The notes under the pieces: model-generated
What the model saw: only the letters and a program-made list of their open reading frames with translations
Told to the model about the DNA's origin: nothing
Databases searched by the model: none
Program-made: the position numbers and the translations under genes
Source of the DNA: Myxococcota bacterium
GTDB lineage: Bacteria; Myxococcota_A; Bradymonadia; UBA7976; UBA1532
Length of the DNA stretch: 21,636 bases
Assembly: GCA_036337435.1 (NCBI GenBank)
Contig: JAYZEG010000023.1
Coordinates: 1 to 21,636, forward strand
Reading direction: 5' to 3'
Part shown: one piece after another, positions 8,124-17,191 of the stretch
Numbering within the stretch: the stretch's first letter is position 1
Layout of the letters: each line of letters starts with the position of its first letter

Positions 8124-10324
8124 AGCTCCGATTTCGAATTGTGCACAAGAGCAGTACTTATCTGCTCATTCTGACCAGTATGGCGGCGTTACTCTGGCCG
8201 GGCGAGTGGTCTGCTGCGACCATCAGTGTGCTGGTCTTAATGACATGTTTAAGCTGGTTCTGGGAGCCGACCAAATTTCCAGTTAAACGCCTCAATTTCC
8301 TTTGGAATCTGGCGACGATTCTCATGCTCATCAAGGTGGTCATGGAGATTGTCGCTGGTGGCGGCGTCCTGATGAACGCAATGGACTTCATTTTATTTTT
8401 GGGTATCAACAAACTGTTTAACCGAAGTTCAAATCAAGATTACCAGCAGCTCTACATCGTCAGTCTCTTGCAGATGATTGCGGCAACGACAGTCAATACA
8501 GACCCATCTTTTGGACTCTTGTTTTTCGTTTATGTGGTGGCGGTAACATGGACGCTCATCCTGTTCCATCTCCGTCGAGAGATGCAAGACAACCTGCTTC
8601 TCAAGTACGGGCATTCGCTGGATGCAAGGCCGGTTGCCGTGGAGAGAATGCTCAATTCAAAGCGGTTAATCGGTGGTCGATTTCTCTTGGTTACGTCCGG
8701 CTTGGCCATCTTGGTTTTTCTCATCGCTGGGACCTTTTTCTTCATCTTTCCACGACTCGGATTTCGTCTGTTTCAACAAAATCGCGCCGGCCAAACCGTG
8801 GCAGGCTTTAGCGACAGCGTCGACTTGGGCCAATTCGGTCTCATCAAAGACAACCCAACGGTGGTTATGCGAATTGAATTCGAGAAAGGGGCACCAGAGA
8901 CAACAGAAACTCTTTACTGGCGTGGGATCAGTTTCGACCATTATGACGGTCGTTCTTGGTCCAAGTCCCGTGTCCGCGATAAGCGGTCTTTACCGCGCTA
9001 TGTCGACACGGTTTACGTGCGGCGACCTCAGCTCGACTCGACGCGGCGAACAACCCAGAAAATCTACTTGGACCCCATGGCGCAACGGGTCCTTTTTGGC
9101 CTGAGCGACATTCTCAGTATTAAACTCCCGGAGCGACCGGAAATTGCCGCTTTACACAGATACCGTGCAATCCAACAAGACGCCGATGGCGACCTGTTTT
9201 ACGAACAACTTGACGAAGTTGCCTTCAAATATTCGGTGAGCAGCGAAACCCGCCAGCCGACAGCAAAGATGAGACAGCTCAAGGTCCGTCATGTACGCGA
9301 CCTAAAGTCAGAGCAGCGGCGTTATCGCCAATTACCAACCAACCTTTCACCTGCCATCCGTGCACTCGCAAATCAATTGGTAAAGCCCGAGCAAACTCTT
9401 TTCGAAGCAGCTGCTGCCGTGGAGTCCTACCTGGAGAACAACCTGACATATACCTTGGACTTAAAGCGCAACGAAGCCCTGTCGCCGCTGGATGACTTTT
9501 TGTTCGAGCAAAAGAGTGGGCATTGCGAATACTTTGCAACAGCCATGACCATTTTGCTCCGCGCTGGCGGGCTGGAAGCGAGATTAGTAAACGGTTTTCA
9601 GGGTGGCAAGTGGAACCCATTCGGCAACTATTTGGCGGTCTCTCAAGGCGATGCGCATTCCTGGGTCGAATTGGCCGTTCCAGCCGAAAACTGCACCGGC
9701 GTGCGGTGCCAACCAGCAACCCTTTGGCATCGTTTTGACCCGACCCCACCCTCGGCGGCAAGGTCGACTACACTGACGCTGCTCGACCGCTTTAGAGCCT
9801 ATGCCGATGCGTTCCGCATGCGGTGGTACAAACATGTCATCGAATACGACATTGAGCAACAAGCCAGCGCGATCATGAGTGTTCGAGATGCATGGACGGC
9901 ACTGAGCACCGCGTTAACAGACAAGACAGAACTGTCTCAGCGTAGACGGTCACACCTGGTCCAATTTGCCGTTGTATGCCTGATCTTGTTTACTATACTC
10001 TTCATTCTGGTGGGACGGAGGCGCGCGTCCACAACCCTCGATCTGGACAGTCCCCCACCCGAAATCCGTATGATTCTGACCCTCGTAGATGAACTCTTGC
10101 AAACCTATGCGAGCCAAGGTGTGGTCAAGGAGCCTCATGAGACCCTAAGGGAATTCATTGAGCGCGTAGACCCAACTGTGTCTCCTGGAATGGAACTGGC
10201 CGAGCGCATACGGGATTGCCATGAACAGATCCGCTTTGCGCAATTAGACATTGATCTCAACCGGCTTCAACAACTCAGTCTCGAATTAGAACAGGTAAAA
10301 AAGCATCAGACCAAACCCACATAG
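8120..10324 (+). CDS. TgpA-like membrane transglutaminase-domain protein (DUF3488 N-terminus, transglutaminase core, DUF4129-like C-terminus)
   Basis: Multi-TM N-terminus, LYWRG, and a catalytic triad in GHCEYFATAM (Cys), DAHSWVE (His) and FDPTP (Asp). A C-terminal TM is followed by ETLREF. It has an ATGA overlap with the DUF58 gene. Confidence 0.92.
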   Translation: MKLRFRIVHKSSTYLLILTSMAALLWPGEWSAATISVLVLMTCLSWFWEPTKFPVKRLNFLWNLATILMLIKVVMEIVAGGGVLMNAMDFILFLGINKLFNRSSNQDYQQLYIVSLLQMIAATTVNTDPSFGLLFFVYVVAVTWTLILFHLRREMQDNLLLKYGHSLDARPVAVERMLNSKRLIGGRFLLVTSGLAILVFLIAGTFFFIFPRLGFRLFQQNRAGQTVAGFSDSVDLGQFGLIKDNPTVVMRIEFEKGAPETTETLYWRGISFDHYDGRSWSKSRVRDKRSLPRYVDTVYVRRPQLDSTRRTTQKIYLDPMAQRVLFGLSDILSIKLPERPEIAALHRYRAIQQDADGDLFYEQLDEVAFKYSVSSETRQPTAKMRQLKVRHVRDLKSEQRRYRQLPTNLSPAIRALANQLVKPEQTLFEAAAAVESYLENNLTYTLDLKRNEALSPLDDFLFEQKSGHCEYFATAMTILLRAGGLEARLVNGFQGGKWNPFGNYLAVSQGDAHSWVELAVPAENCTGVRCQPATLWHRFDPTPPSAARSTTLTLLDRFRAYADAFRMRWYKHVIEYDIEQQASAIMSVRDAWTALSTALTDKTELSQRRRSHLVQFAVVCLILFTILFILVGRRRASTTLDLDSPPPEIRMILTLVDELLQTYASQGVVKEPHETLREFIERVDPTVSPGMELAERIRDCHEQIRFAQLDIDLNRLQQLSLELEQVKKHQTKPT

Positions 10325-10416
10325 GGGATGAAACCGAAAGCCGTTAAGGACTCAGGCAACTGTTTGTTTCGTTTACACTTTTGTTTACAGCAAAAGCATG
10401 CGAAAAACGCTCGGAT

Positions 10417-11466
10417 ATGAGTTTTCTCTGCTACATTCTGCATGACGATGCAACCGAAGACGAAGCGTCTACGCTCGAGCAATTCCTCGCGCGTCCAGGA
10501 GCAGACGTGGGCCGAGGTCAGACCTACCGACCATGTCAGGTCTTGCTCAGCTTAATCGAGCTGCCGGCCGATGTTTGCCTGCAGGCAATTAAAGATCGAA
10601 CCATCATCATTCCCCTCGAAGACGCGTATCAAACCGAACCATCTCCAGCGCAATGGATTGCGACCGTGATCAACAAGCTCATTTTTTTGACACATCCACT
10701 GACCGACTCGGAGATGAGCGATGTCGACAATACGGAGCTGACCCAGGCTGTCGTTGCCACCTTAGAGCGGGCCGTTGAGGCCAGTTCTAACCGCGATATT
10801 CTCAACCGTGTTGAAACCATCTTGGAGACGGCACAAGAACTCGCGGAGTCCTTGCAGCAAGCATCGCAATTGGTATCGTGTCTGGGGCTTTATTCAACAT
10901 CCAACCAAATGTTGGTCGATCTTATCGAATCATCAGACGTGGACGAATACGGCATCGATGTAATCGCATCGATCGTTGACATTCTCGAAGATGCCGCCAA
11001 ACGAGCCAACGCACCGGACCTGGAACACGCCGAATCCATAGAAATTTTTTCTGATTGCTATGTCCATTTGTTGTTGGGGTTAGAAACATCGTACGCTCTG
11101 CAAAACATTGATGCTCTCATCGAAAACATCATCTCATCGGGCCGCCCAGCCACTGCCGCTCTCGTCGTCGAAGTGATTAAACTCTCATTCACTCACGGTG
11201 ATGATCTCTTTGAGCGGGACGCATTTCAATGGGCCCTGCAAGTCTACTTAATGGCAGCTCAGGGTGTACATCGTCTTTTCTGTGATCACGAATCCGATAG
11301 CAGCCGGACAGCAGAGGCTGTGTTGGCGGGTCTTTCACTCTATGCTGAGATTACGATCGATGGCCCCATCGCCAACGCTGAGCAGTTATGTGGGGAGTTA
11401 CGAGCAGCGTTAGACGACGTTATGTCGTCAGCTAAAGATGAACGCGGATGGACCCATGACAGCTAA
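10417..11466 (+). CDS. Hypothetical acidic, probably alpha-helical cytoplasmic protein
   Basis: Long ORF (about 349 aa from ATG 10417) filling the gap between neighbours with no overlap. It is D/E/L/A-rich and I recognise no motif. Confidence 0.75.
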   Translation: MSFLCYILHDDATEDEASTLEQFLARPGADVGRGQTYRPCQVLLSLIELPADVCLQAIKDRTIIIPLEDAYQTEPSPAQWIATVINKLIFLTHPLTDSEMSDVDNTELTQAVVATLERAVEASSNRDILNRVETILETAQELAESLQQASQLVSCLGLYSTSNQMLVDLIESSDVDEYGIDVIASIVDILEDAAKRANAPDLEHAESIEIFSDCYVHLLLGLETSYALQNIDALIENIISSGRPATAALVVEVIKLSFTHGDDLFERDAFQWALQVYLMAAQGVHRLFCDHESDSSRTAEAVLAGLSLYAEITIDGPIANAEQLCGELRAALDDVMSSAKDERGWTHDS

Positions 11467-11571
11467 AGACAGTCACTCGGGCTCTCGGCATGTCAACAAC
11501 ACTCTTGGCCAAGAACGGACTTTCATCCATGCATTTCCCGATCGCCTGATGAACGAAAAAAAAGTGGATCC

Positions 11572-11961
11572 ATGATGAACAAAGCCGAGCAAATCGAGCT
11601 CCTGGATGACCTACTTCACGACCTCGGAAAATACATCGCGTTCCCCCTCAATATGCTTCCGTCAGAGCCTGATGGCCCCATGTTTCAGGATGCCGTTGAA
11701 CACGCTTTGAATCAGACCAGAGTCGGCGCACAAGGCTCTCAGTCAGCGAAATCGATCTGGGCGAATTTTCTGAATGAAGCTGGGAATGCGTTCGACAAAA
11801 ATGACTGTTGGCAACCCATGCATGACGCTGTGGAAGCAGCACTCGCGTGGGGTGCACACCTGGGAAAGCCAACTCTGTTCATCTCACGCAAGCAAGTCAC
11901 AGACGATATCAAGGCGGTTTCGGCCGCGATCCGGCGATTAAGGGACCAGATTAATGGCTGA
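11572..11961 (+). CDS. Small helical protein with an H-box-like motif (HDLGKY); putative stand-alone histidine phosphotransfer protein
   Basis: 129 aa ORF overlapping the next start by 8 nt. LLDDLLHDLGKY resembles a kinase H-box helix. The function is inferred. Confidence 0.6.
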   Translation: MMNKAEQIELLDDLLHDLGKYIAFPLNMLPSEPDGPMFQDAVEHALNQTRVGAQGSQSAKSIWANFLNEAGNAFDKNDCWQPMHDAVEAALAWGAHLGKPTLFISRKQVTDDIKAVSAAIRRLRDQING

Positions 11962-13588
11962 AAAACCGCGTCTATTTTTGGTCGATGATGGGGTCCATTA
12001 CGCAAACACCATCGCGCAACATATGCCTGAGTACGAACTGGTCCAAGTCACCGCCGATCGGTCACGTGCTGCGGATGGCATCGAAGCCATCGACTATTTG
12101 AACACGAGCCAGCAGCACGTTGACTTGGTGCTACTCGATATGCGGTTTGATGTGAGTGAAGACCGTCTATTGCCATTGCCCGAGGCAACAAGTCTACGTC
12201 GCCAAAGACGATATCAGGGTATCGCAATCTTGCGCCGATTAAAGGCTGAATTTGGACATCTGCCGGTTGTTGTACTGACCTCTCTGGCCGATTTATCCGT
12301 CGCTGAAATAGCGGTCGAATTGCAGTCCCTATCATTGACTTACATGCTAAATGGCGACGATCTCGACAGCTTACGAATTAGAATTCACGAAGCACTGGTT
12401 GATGCTGAGAGACTGCCAGAAGAAAACGGCATTTTTTGGGGCCGTGACCAAGCTTTTCGAGCCCTAAGACGCCGAATGGCAATCCTGGCCCGAGGCCGCT
12501 TGCCTATCGTTTTGGAAGGTGAGACTGGGACAGGCAAAAGCTATTTGGCGGAACACTACATCCACGAACGGAGTGGACGCACCGGACGTTTTGTGACCGT
12601 TGACCTATCAACCCTGCCGAGCAATTTGATCTCGGCTCACTTATTCGGTGCCGTGAAAGGGGCCTACACCGGCGCAGTAAGCGACCGAAAAGGCGTCTTT
12701 GAAATCGCCGCGGGTGGAACGGTTTTTATCGACGAAATTCAAAACATTCCATTGGAAACACAAAAACAGCTTCTCACCGTTCTGCAAAACCAAGTTGTAC
12801 AACCCCTCGGGTCCAATCGGGATATTCCGGTGGATGTTAAAGTGATTGTAGCCAGTAACGAAGATCTGGGTAGTGCCGTCCGTGATGGCCGATTCCGCTC
12901 GGACCTTTACATGAGATTATCGCCGGCAACGCGGGTCGTCCTACCGCCCTTGCGAGACCGAGTATCCGACCTTCCATTTCTAGCGCGTAGACTGACGGAA
13001 CGAGCCGGGTTTGAGCCAGATGTTTTCCCATTTCGTGTACAGCTCAATCGGTCCTTGGGGCTCCCGGAAGATTCACCGGTTCAACTATCGCTTCCAGATG
13101 ACAAAGCGGCAAAGGAGGCGGGCATTCGATTGGTTCTACCGGCCCCGAGTTGGCGGCGGTTGCAGCGACATAAATGGTCAGGCAACATTCGCGAGCTATC
13201 GATGGTTCTCCATAATCTCGTCACCTTTAGTATCGTCGGCGCTGTCGATGCGCTGGAGAGTGGGCTCAGTCTGAGTTCACGGAGATTGCAAGTGGACTCA
13301 GGGCTTGTCAACCAACTCCTCGCCGGTGGGCTAGAGCCTGCTCTGTCCGATGATAAAGCGGCGAAGCGAGATCCTGATGTCTTCGCTATAAAATTAAAGC
13401 CCGGCCAAAGCCTCAATGCTGTTTCTGTGGATATTGAACGTCAGTATTTTGAGCAATTGTTCGACCAAACAAACGGCAGTCTAGACGCAATGGCAGACAG
13501 GCTTCTTGGTGATCCGGCCCGTTCACGCGCCATTAGGCTGAGGCTCAATCAATTGGGTTTGAGCCTGCGAGATTTGCGCCGGCGATGA
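11954..13588 (+). CDS. Sigma-54-dependent enhancer-binding response regulator (receiver + AAA+ + C-terminal helical/HTH-like domain)
   Basis: Receiver motifs LFLVDD, LVLLD and PVVVLTS. AAA+ motifs: Walker A GETGTGKS, GAYTGA loop, Walker B VFIDEI, R-finger RFRSDLYMRL, LPPLRDR and sensor II WSGNIREL. Confidence 0.93.
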   Translation: MAEKPRLFLVDDGVHYANTIAQHMPEYELVQVTADRSRAADGIEAIDYLNTSQQHVDLVLLDMRFDVSEDRLLPLPEATSLRRQRRYQGIAILRRLKAEFGHLPVVVLTSLADLSVAEIAVELQSLSLTYMLNGDDLDSLRIRIHEALVDAERLPEENGIFWGRDQAFRALRRRMAILARGRLPIVLEGETGTGKSYLAEHYIHERSGRTGRFVTVDLSTLPSNLISAHLFGAVKGAYTGAVSDRKGVFEIAAGGTVFIDEIQNIPLETQKQLLTVLQNQVVQPLGSNRDIPVDVKVIVASNEDLGSAVRDGRFRSDLYMRLSPATRVVLPPLRDRVSDLPFLARRLTERAGFEPDVFPFRVQLNRSLGLPEDSPVQLSLPDDKAAKEAGIRLVLPAPSWRRLQRHKWSGNIRELSMVLHNLVTFSIVGAVDALESGLSLSSRRLQVDSGLVNQLLAGGLEPALSDDKAAKRDPDVFAIKLKPGQSLNAVSVDIERQYFEQLFDQTNGSLDAMADRLLGDPARSRAIRLRLNQLGLSLRDLRRR

Positions 13589-16500
13589 AGATCGTATCCC
13601 TCAGCCTTCTCAGTGTCATCTTAATCTCGCCGGCATACGCTGACGATTTGGATGCATCCGTCAACGACGTCGTTGATGGGTCAACCGCCCGACTAGACGA
13701 GGGAAGTCCTGCCGATGGCGGCGTAACTGACGCGGCGGACGTACTTATTATAGACGCAGCCCCACCGCCGCCATCAGAACGAGCAAGACGACTGTGCATC
13801 GATGCTATCGAGTCATTTGAAGCGGGGCAAACCAGGTCGGCATTAGCCAAACTGAAAGCGGCCGTCCGATTGAGCCCAAATCAGTTCGGCGTCGTCATCA
13901 ATCTAGCCGACTATTACAAAATAATGGGCCCGCCTGAAAATGCCATCAAACAATACCAGCGGGCTCGAGAGCTCAAACCCAATGACTTAGGTGTAGCCGG
14001 TGCTCTGGTCGACCTGTTGCTCACCGAGAATCCACCGCAGCGGGATCTGGACCAGGCCCAGCGATTAGTGCAGTCGACTATCGCCGATATCAAGGAACGA
14101 TTAATCCACCTCAGCATGGAAAAAGAGCGCCTAAAGCGGACGCGAAAAAATGCACGGCTCATCGAAATAAACCAAACCATTAAGACCCTAGATGAGGAAC
14201 TTGAATCGTTTTTGAAAAGAGAGATTGAGTGGGCCATGCGCGCCCGTGCTCACAAAGACGTCAATCGCGTTTACAATGAGCTCGCAAGCTTGGGCGTGAT
14301 CCGAGACCTCGACGAATTGGCTCTCAAACTGGGCACCTATTATCGTGAGATTCACCAGGAGGCGAATGCTCTACGGTGGTATAAGCAGGTTCTTCGGACG
14401 CCCAAACTCGTGCGACAGGCAAAGAAGGCAATCGCAGAACTAGAGCATCAGCAATCGGTCAGAGAGATGGGCCTTATCGGTAAGCCGACCAATCTCAACA
14501 AGGCTGATCAGGGGCAGCTGGACAATGGCAGAGAGCTTCTGGCTAGAGCAAAAGATCAGGAATCCATAAAGAAAGCGATTACCGTGCTTGAAGACCTTGC
14601 TCAGCGTCGCCCTCTAGTCCCTCAAATACAGCGCCTCCTCGGAAATGCACACCAGAGTGTAGCCCAAATCAAACAAGCCGAAAAAGCCTACCTCCGAGCA
14701 GTTGCACTGGATCCAACCGACCGTGATAACTTATTTGCCTTGGCCGAATTCTACGAGGCACAAAAACGTTGGAAAGCCGCCTCAACGTACTTCGCGCGGG
14801 TTCTTCGAATAACACCGACCAATGCCAAGCTGCACCTTCGCCAAAGCCAAACCTTAGAACGCGCTGGCTGGTTTAGTGACGCATTGCTTCAGGCGAACCG
14901 TGCCCTCGATATGGTTTTAGAGGACCATCCATTAGAACCGGCCCTGCAGGAACAGCGGAAAAAGTTAGAAGGGTTGGCTGAGCCGTCCAAAAGAAAGCTT
15001 GAGACGAGGGCTGATAGGGTTTTTGCAGGCGCAAGGGCCTACTATCAGACTGACCAATTTGAGAAGGCCGTAAAGGAAGCGCGTAAGATCCCAGTCAGCG
15101 AACGTACACCAAAAATCTGGTTGCTCATCGGACAGAGTTATTGGCGACGTGCCTTGAAATATGAGCGAGCCGACCGACTTCGGCTGTTTAACCAAACCAT
15201 GAGACGAGCAATCGCTGCATTGAACCGCGTAGAGCGGCGGGATTTGACCAGCTATTGCCAAGGCCAATCTCTTTTGATTGAGATTCATGAACGAGCGGGA
15301 CGACCGATGACAGCAATTGGGATTCTGAGAGAGTTCAGTGCATGCGCCAGCCTCCAATCTGACCTGGATCTTGTCCGACTCGAACTGAATGTGCAGAACC
15401 GACCTGAACTACCGGACTGGCTATCGGACATTCTTGATGCGCCGTATTTGTGGACGACCTACTGGCACCTTAGCCACTTACAAAAATCCGGTCTCGAGAA
15501 GCAGCGCCTTGGGCTCGATGGGTTGAGCCAATCCCGCTACAAAGATTATGCTGAGCCCTTGTCCGCGCTCCTGGTCAGAGTTAGGAAACGGCTGACGACA
15601 GTCTCTATCTTAGCGGCCGGCATCGTTGGACCCTTCATCGGCTGGCTTCTGATGCTGTTGCGGAGACGCTTTCGTGGAAAGAGCTTGGTTGGATTCTTGG
15701 CGAAGACGCCATCCGCTCAGGGTGATGTGCACCGGATCTTGTCAGCGGTGCGGCACGAGGTATTAAAACATAACACCACGGCTCTCCAAGGTCTCCTCGC
15801 TAATATCGACTCCGGTGACGACATATCGGATTCGGCCCGCTGGTGTCGCCATGCGCTTTTGGGCGATCTCGCCAGCGGCTCCCGTGGAGCGAAAGACCGA
15901 CTGGATTCCTATGTTCGTCAACTCGAATACATCGCACAGAGCCATCGATATACCCTTAACCTGAAGCACAAGGACAGTGCGTTTAGTTCAGTGCTCGACG
16001 GGTTTGGGCTTCTGGCTCAAATGGAGTCGGAGTTCTATCGTGCCGAACGCAGTGGCCGAGCAAGTCGAACATTCAAGCGCAGCTTGCGAAAAGCGACCGA
16101 CCGCATCAATGGAGATGGTTATCGCGAACTGGTCAAATTGTTGAAGTCCCTTCGCGGACTCAACGTCACAGAAGAGCTGTGCCTGAAGATCTTCGATAGC
16201 GTACGCAACGAACGGTCACTGATCGACTTAGATATTGACGACTTGGACATCCAAATTGCCGAGCATGTTCTGCCCATCGATCTACCAGTGGCTCGTCAAG
16301 ACTTTGAGGACATGTTGAGAAATCCAATTCGCAATGCGATTCAAGCGACCCACCAACTGGATGTCAGTCAGACGATTGTTGTCGGCTTAGGCATCGACCA
16401 AACTTTGGATCCAATTACGGGAGAATCGTCGACGAATTTTATCATCAAGGACCAAAGTCCAAGCATGATCACAGATGATCTGATCCACCAGCAGGCCATC

Positions 16501-16644
16501 GAATCGGGCCTGGGTTTGATGGCTTCGCTGGTTTCAAAATATGATGGATCCGTGAGGGTTACTCAACTCGATGGACCCTGGACAAAGGCTGTGGTGATCT
16601 CGCTACCATGCCAAGAGACAGCAGAGGAAACCTGGCGCTTATGA
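13585..16644 (+). CDS. Membrane-anchored TPR-repeat sensor with an atypical C-terminal histidine-kinase-like region
   Basis: Signal peptide MKIVSLSLLSVILISPAYA. TPR repeats (e.g. LGNAHQ...AEKAYLRAVALDPTD, LAEFYE...FARVLRITPTN). TM segment at about 15595-15660 followed by RRR. H-box-like RHEVLKH, N-box LRNPIRNAIQA, IKD and GLGL. Confidence 0.8.
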   Translation: MKIVSLSLLSVILISPAYADDLDASVNDVVDGSTARLDEGSPADGGVTDAADVLIIDAAPPPPSERARRLCIDAIESFEAGQTRSALAKLKAAVRLSPNQFGVVINLADYYKIMGPPENAIKQYQRARELKPNDLGVAGALVDLLLTENPPQRDLDQAQRLVQSTIADIKERLIHLSMEKERLKRTRKNARLIEINQTIKTLDEELESFLKREIEWAMRARAHKDVNRVYNELASLGVIRDLDELALKLGTYYREIHQEANALRWYKQVLRTPKLVRQAKKAIAELEHQQSVREMGLIGKPTNLNKADQGQLDNGRELLARAKDQESIKKAITVLEDLAQRRPLVPQIQRLLGNAHQSVAQIKQAEKAYLRAVALDPTDRDNLFALAEFYEAQKRWKAASTYFARVLRITPTNAKLHLRQSQTLERAGWFSDALLQANRALDMVLEDHPLEPALQEQRKKLEGLAEPSKRKLETRADRVFAGARAYYQTDQFEKAVKEARKIPVSERTPKIWLLIGQSYWRRALKYERADRLRLFNQTMRRAIAALNRVERRDLTSYCQGQSLLIEIHERAGRPMTAIGILREFSACASLQSDLDLVRLELNVQNRPELPDWLSDILDAPYLWTTYWHLSHLQKSGLEKQRLGLDGLSQSRYKDYAEPLSALLVRVRKRLTTVSILAAGIVGPFIGWLLMLLRRRFRGKSLVGFLAKTPSAQGDVHRILSAVRHEVLKHNTTALQGLLANIDSGDDISDSARWCRHALLGDLASGSRGAKDRLDSYVRQLEYIAQSHRYTLNLKHKDSAFSSVLDGFGLLAQMESEFYRAERSGRASRTFKRSLRKATDRINGDGYRELVKLLKSLRGLNVTEELCLKIFDSVRNERSLIDLDIDDLDIQIAEHVLPIDLPVARQDFEDMLRNPIRNAIQATHQLDVSQTIVVGLGIDQTLDPITGESSTNFIIKDQSPSMITDDLIHQQAIESGLGLMASLVSKYDGSVRVTQLDGPWTKAVVISLPCQETAEETWRL

Positions 16645-17111
16645 GTGAACCGACCGTACTCGTCATTGAAGACGGCAACGAATATCTAAATGTCCTCAGC
16701 CGATTCATATCAGGCTACAAATATCTTCAAGCTCACGACGGCCGGACGGCATTAACTTTCCTAGAACAAGGTGTCGCTCAGTTGATCTATCTGGATATGC
16801 GATTCGACCGCACCCCCCGTCATCTTTTGTTAGGCGACCATGGGCAGCAAACCGCAAAATTTGGTGGTGACACTGAGAGAGCCTGGCAATTTCTCGAAAA
16901 AAATCAGGGCCTGTTCATTCTAAATCACATCTCTGTCATGGGTCACACGAGGATTCCTGTTGTTCTGTCGCATGATTTTTCGAATCAACCGGCAAGGTGG
17001 AAACATCTATCGACCACTTACCCAAACCTATCCTGGCTCCCCGATACCGTAACCCCGGATAATATTCACGAGCACTTCTCATCGGTATTAAGAACAAAGA
17101 AAAAGCTGTAA
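16641..17111 (+). CDS. Stand-alone atypical response-regulator receiver protein (156 aa)
   Basis: The ATG at 16641 forms an ATGA overlap with the upstream stop. TVLVIED, AHDGRTAL, LIYLDMRFD and IPVVLS give the receiver beta1/beta3/beta4 pattern. Confidence 0.85.
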   Translation: MSEPTVLVIEDGNEYLNVLSRFISGYKYLQAHDGRTALTFLEQGVAQLIYLDMRFDRTPRHLLLGDHGQQTAKFGGDTERAWQFLEKNQGLFILNHISVMGHTRIPVVLSHDFSNQPARWKHLSTTYPNLSWLPDTVTPDNIHEHFSSVLRTKKKL

Positions 17112-17134
17112 TTTGTATTATAGTGATACAAATT
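17110..17134. promoter_or_regulatory. Palindromic upstream activator sequence (putative enhancer-binding-protein site)
   Basis: AATTTGTATTA-tag-TGATACAAATT has 11 bp arms with one mismatch and a TGT-N11-ACA core. It is centred about 96 nt upstream of the predicted sigma-54 start site. Confidence 0.7.
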
Positions 17135-17191
17135 CAATCAAAAAGAGTTTGCCAAAAGAATGAAACCAGCCTGAGAAGCCCGTTTTGATTT

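Noticed and set aside
11467..11571. Sigma-54 promoter or enhancer upstream of the signalling cassette
   Set aside because: I found no TGGC-type GG-N10-GC motif and no copy of the TGT-N11-ACA palindrome, so autoregulation is unsupported.
15752..15763. 12 nt exact match (GGCACGAGGTAT) between the sensor H-box codons and the sigma-54 promoter at 17193-17204
   Set aside because: Several chance 12-mer duplicates are expected in 21.6 kb, and this copy lacks the -12 GC, so it is not a promoter.
16608..16640. Longer start for the stand-alone receiver
   Set aside because: ATG 16641 gives an ATGA coupling and starts right at receiver strand beta1. The longer start overlaps the sensor gene by 37 nt.
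17136..17150. Consensus IHF site
   Set aside because: AATCAA is present, but the TTR element is not at the WATCAA-N4-TTR spacing. It is kept only as an AT-rich spacer.
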